Shown here: positions 62,937 through 64,000 of the stretch, in pieces
Position numbering within the stretch: the stretch's first letter is position 1
How the letters are laid out: each line of letters opens with the position of its first letter
NCBI GenBank assembly: GCA_037447605.1
Contig: CM074821.1
Location: forward strand, 558,001 to 622,000
DNA: 64,000 nt
Source: Zygnema circumcarinatum SAG 698-1b
Lineage: Eukaryota; Plantae; Zygnematophyceae
Reading direction: 5' to 3'
Notes under the pieces: generated by a model
Told to the model about the DNA's origin: nothing
What the model saw: only the letters and a program-made list of their open reading frames with translations
Databases searched by the model: none
Program-made: the position numbers and the translations under genes

Positions 62937-64000
62937 TCGCATTGCAAATTGTGTTCGGGCATAGAAACCATGGTTGTTAGAAATTTGAGTTTGGTCAACG
63001 CCGGTTGAATTTTCTGCCTTCCGCAGGACCGAAAGGTGTCGTTGGCGGGACTACCAACCGGTGACCGCTACTGGAAACTGAAGCGCAAAGAAACCGTAGA
63101 TACTGACACAACAGTTTTTACTTAGAAACCGGAAGGGGGAGGCTTATGAACCCCAAGCAAACCATGGCCAACGAACTCCTCATGAACTTTGCAACCATTG
63201 CCTGAGCATTGTACTTGATCAACATCCGCCATTGCACTAATTACAGCTTGCCTAAGGCTTCCTCTCTAAGCTAGAGAAAGAAAAGATACTTCAACATCAA
63301 CATGCTATTGTCAGTATGTGCGCAAAGCGAAGCGAACGCGCTAGTGGTAGCGCACAGCCGCACGGGATAGCGATACCGCCAAGTTGCAAGTTTGCACAAC
63401 GAAATGGAGGAGCTCGCTGAACCCAAATGCAGAACTTGCTACAAGAACTTGGTTCCAAGTTCGAGCGGTCGGATTTCCATAGAGCCATCCCTGCCAAAGG
63501 GCAATCCTTGCGCCATGGCATCCATCCGCGTGCATGCATGCATGCATGCGGGCATGGCATGGCTGCAGCCCCGGCAGGGCACATTTGGAGACATGACCGC
63601 ATGGTCGCTTTCTTCATCATTGCGAACTACCGAACGGGCGAGCACCGTCCAACGCGGATTCGCCATCTGCAAGCATAGTACACGTGGCGAGTCCTCATTG
63701 TGCGCGGCCAAAATGTCGGTGCAAAGTCGGCGCAATATGTCGATTCCGCCACGTCGCTTGCGAAACGTGCGGTACGTGGCCGTGTCCAGAAGTGCCATGT
63801 CACTATTATCCAACTTTCGTCGGCGACCGTCGGCCGGCCGTCAACTTGCCGGCTGACCGTCCCGATTCCGTAGGCAGAAACGGACAAAAAATTGAAATTT
63901 TTAAGGTTGTTCGTACAGCTCGAAGTGCCAGATCTCCTTCCAGATATCCAGTTTCCTGCGCGCTGATTGGTCGGACGGTTCCAGGGCGGTTTTTGGGGCA

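Overview
Eukaryotic nuclear DNA from a green plant lineage, most consistent with a streptophyte alga (the species cannot be determined from sequence alone). Nine protein-coding genes are supported: a 5'-truncated R3H-domain gene (+), eEF1B-gamma (+), a large low-complexity protein (+), an intronless glycosyltransferase-like gene (+), DNA polymerase lambda (-), mitochondrial ATP synthase delta' (+, GC-AG intron), a Trp/Tyr-permease-family transporter (-), a USP-domain RLCK-IX-type kinase ending in CaaX (+) and a BAR-SH3 (SH3P-like) gene (-). Introns are filled with GA/CT microsatellites, which produce most of the long spurious ORFs. Intergenic DNA holds a Mutator element with 8-bp TSD and a nested MITE, a 700-bp foldback element with 8-bp TSD, three interstitial telomere-like arrays, and a head-to-tail array of 325-bp TIR elements joined by single TTA triplets. 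There are four 10-N scaffold gaps. The most striking unexplained signal is a 54-bp dyad, CCAAT-N9-nCACG-N16-CGTGn-N9-ATTGG (two ERSE-like half-sites facing each other), found with identical spacing but unrelated spacers in four different upstream regions. The half-site also recurs inside transposon-like DNA.
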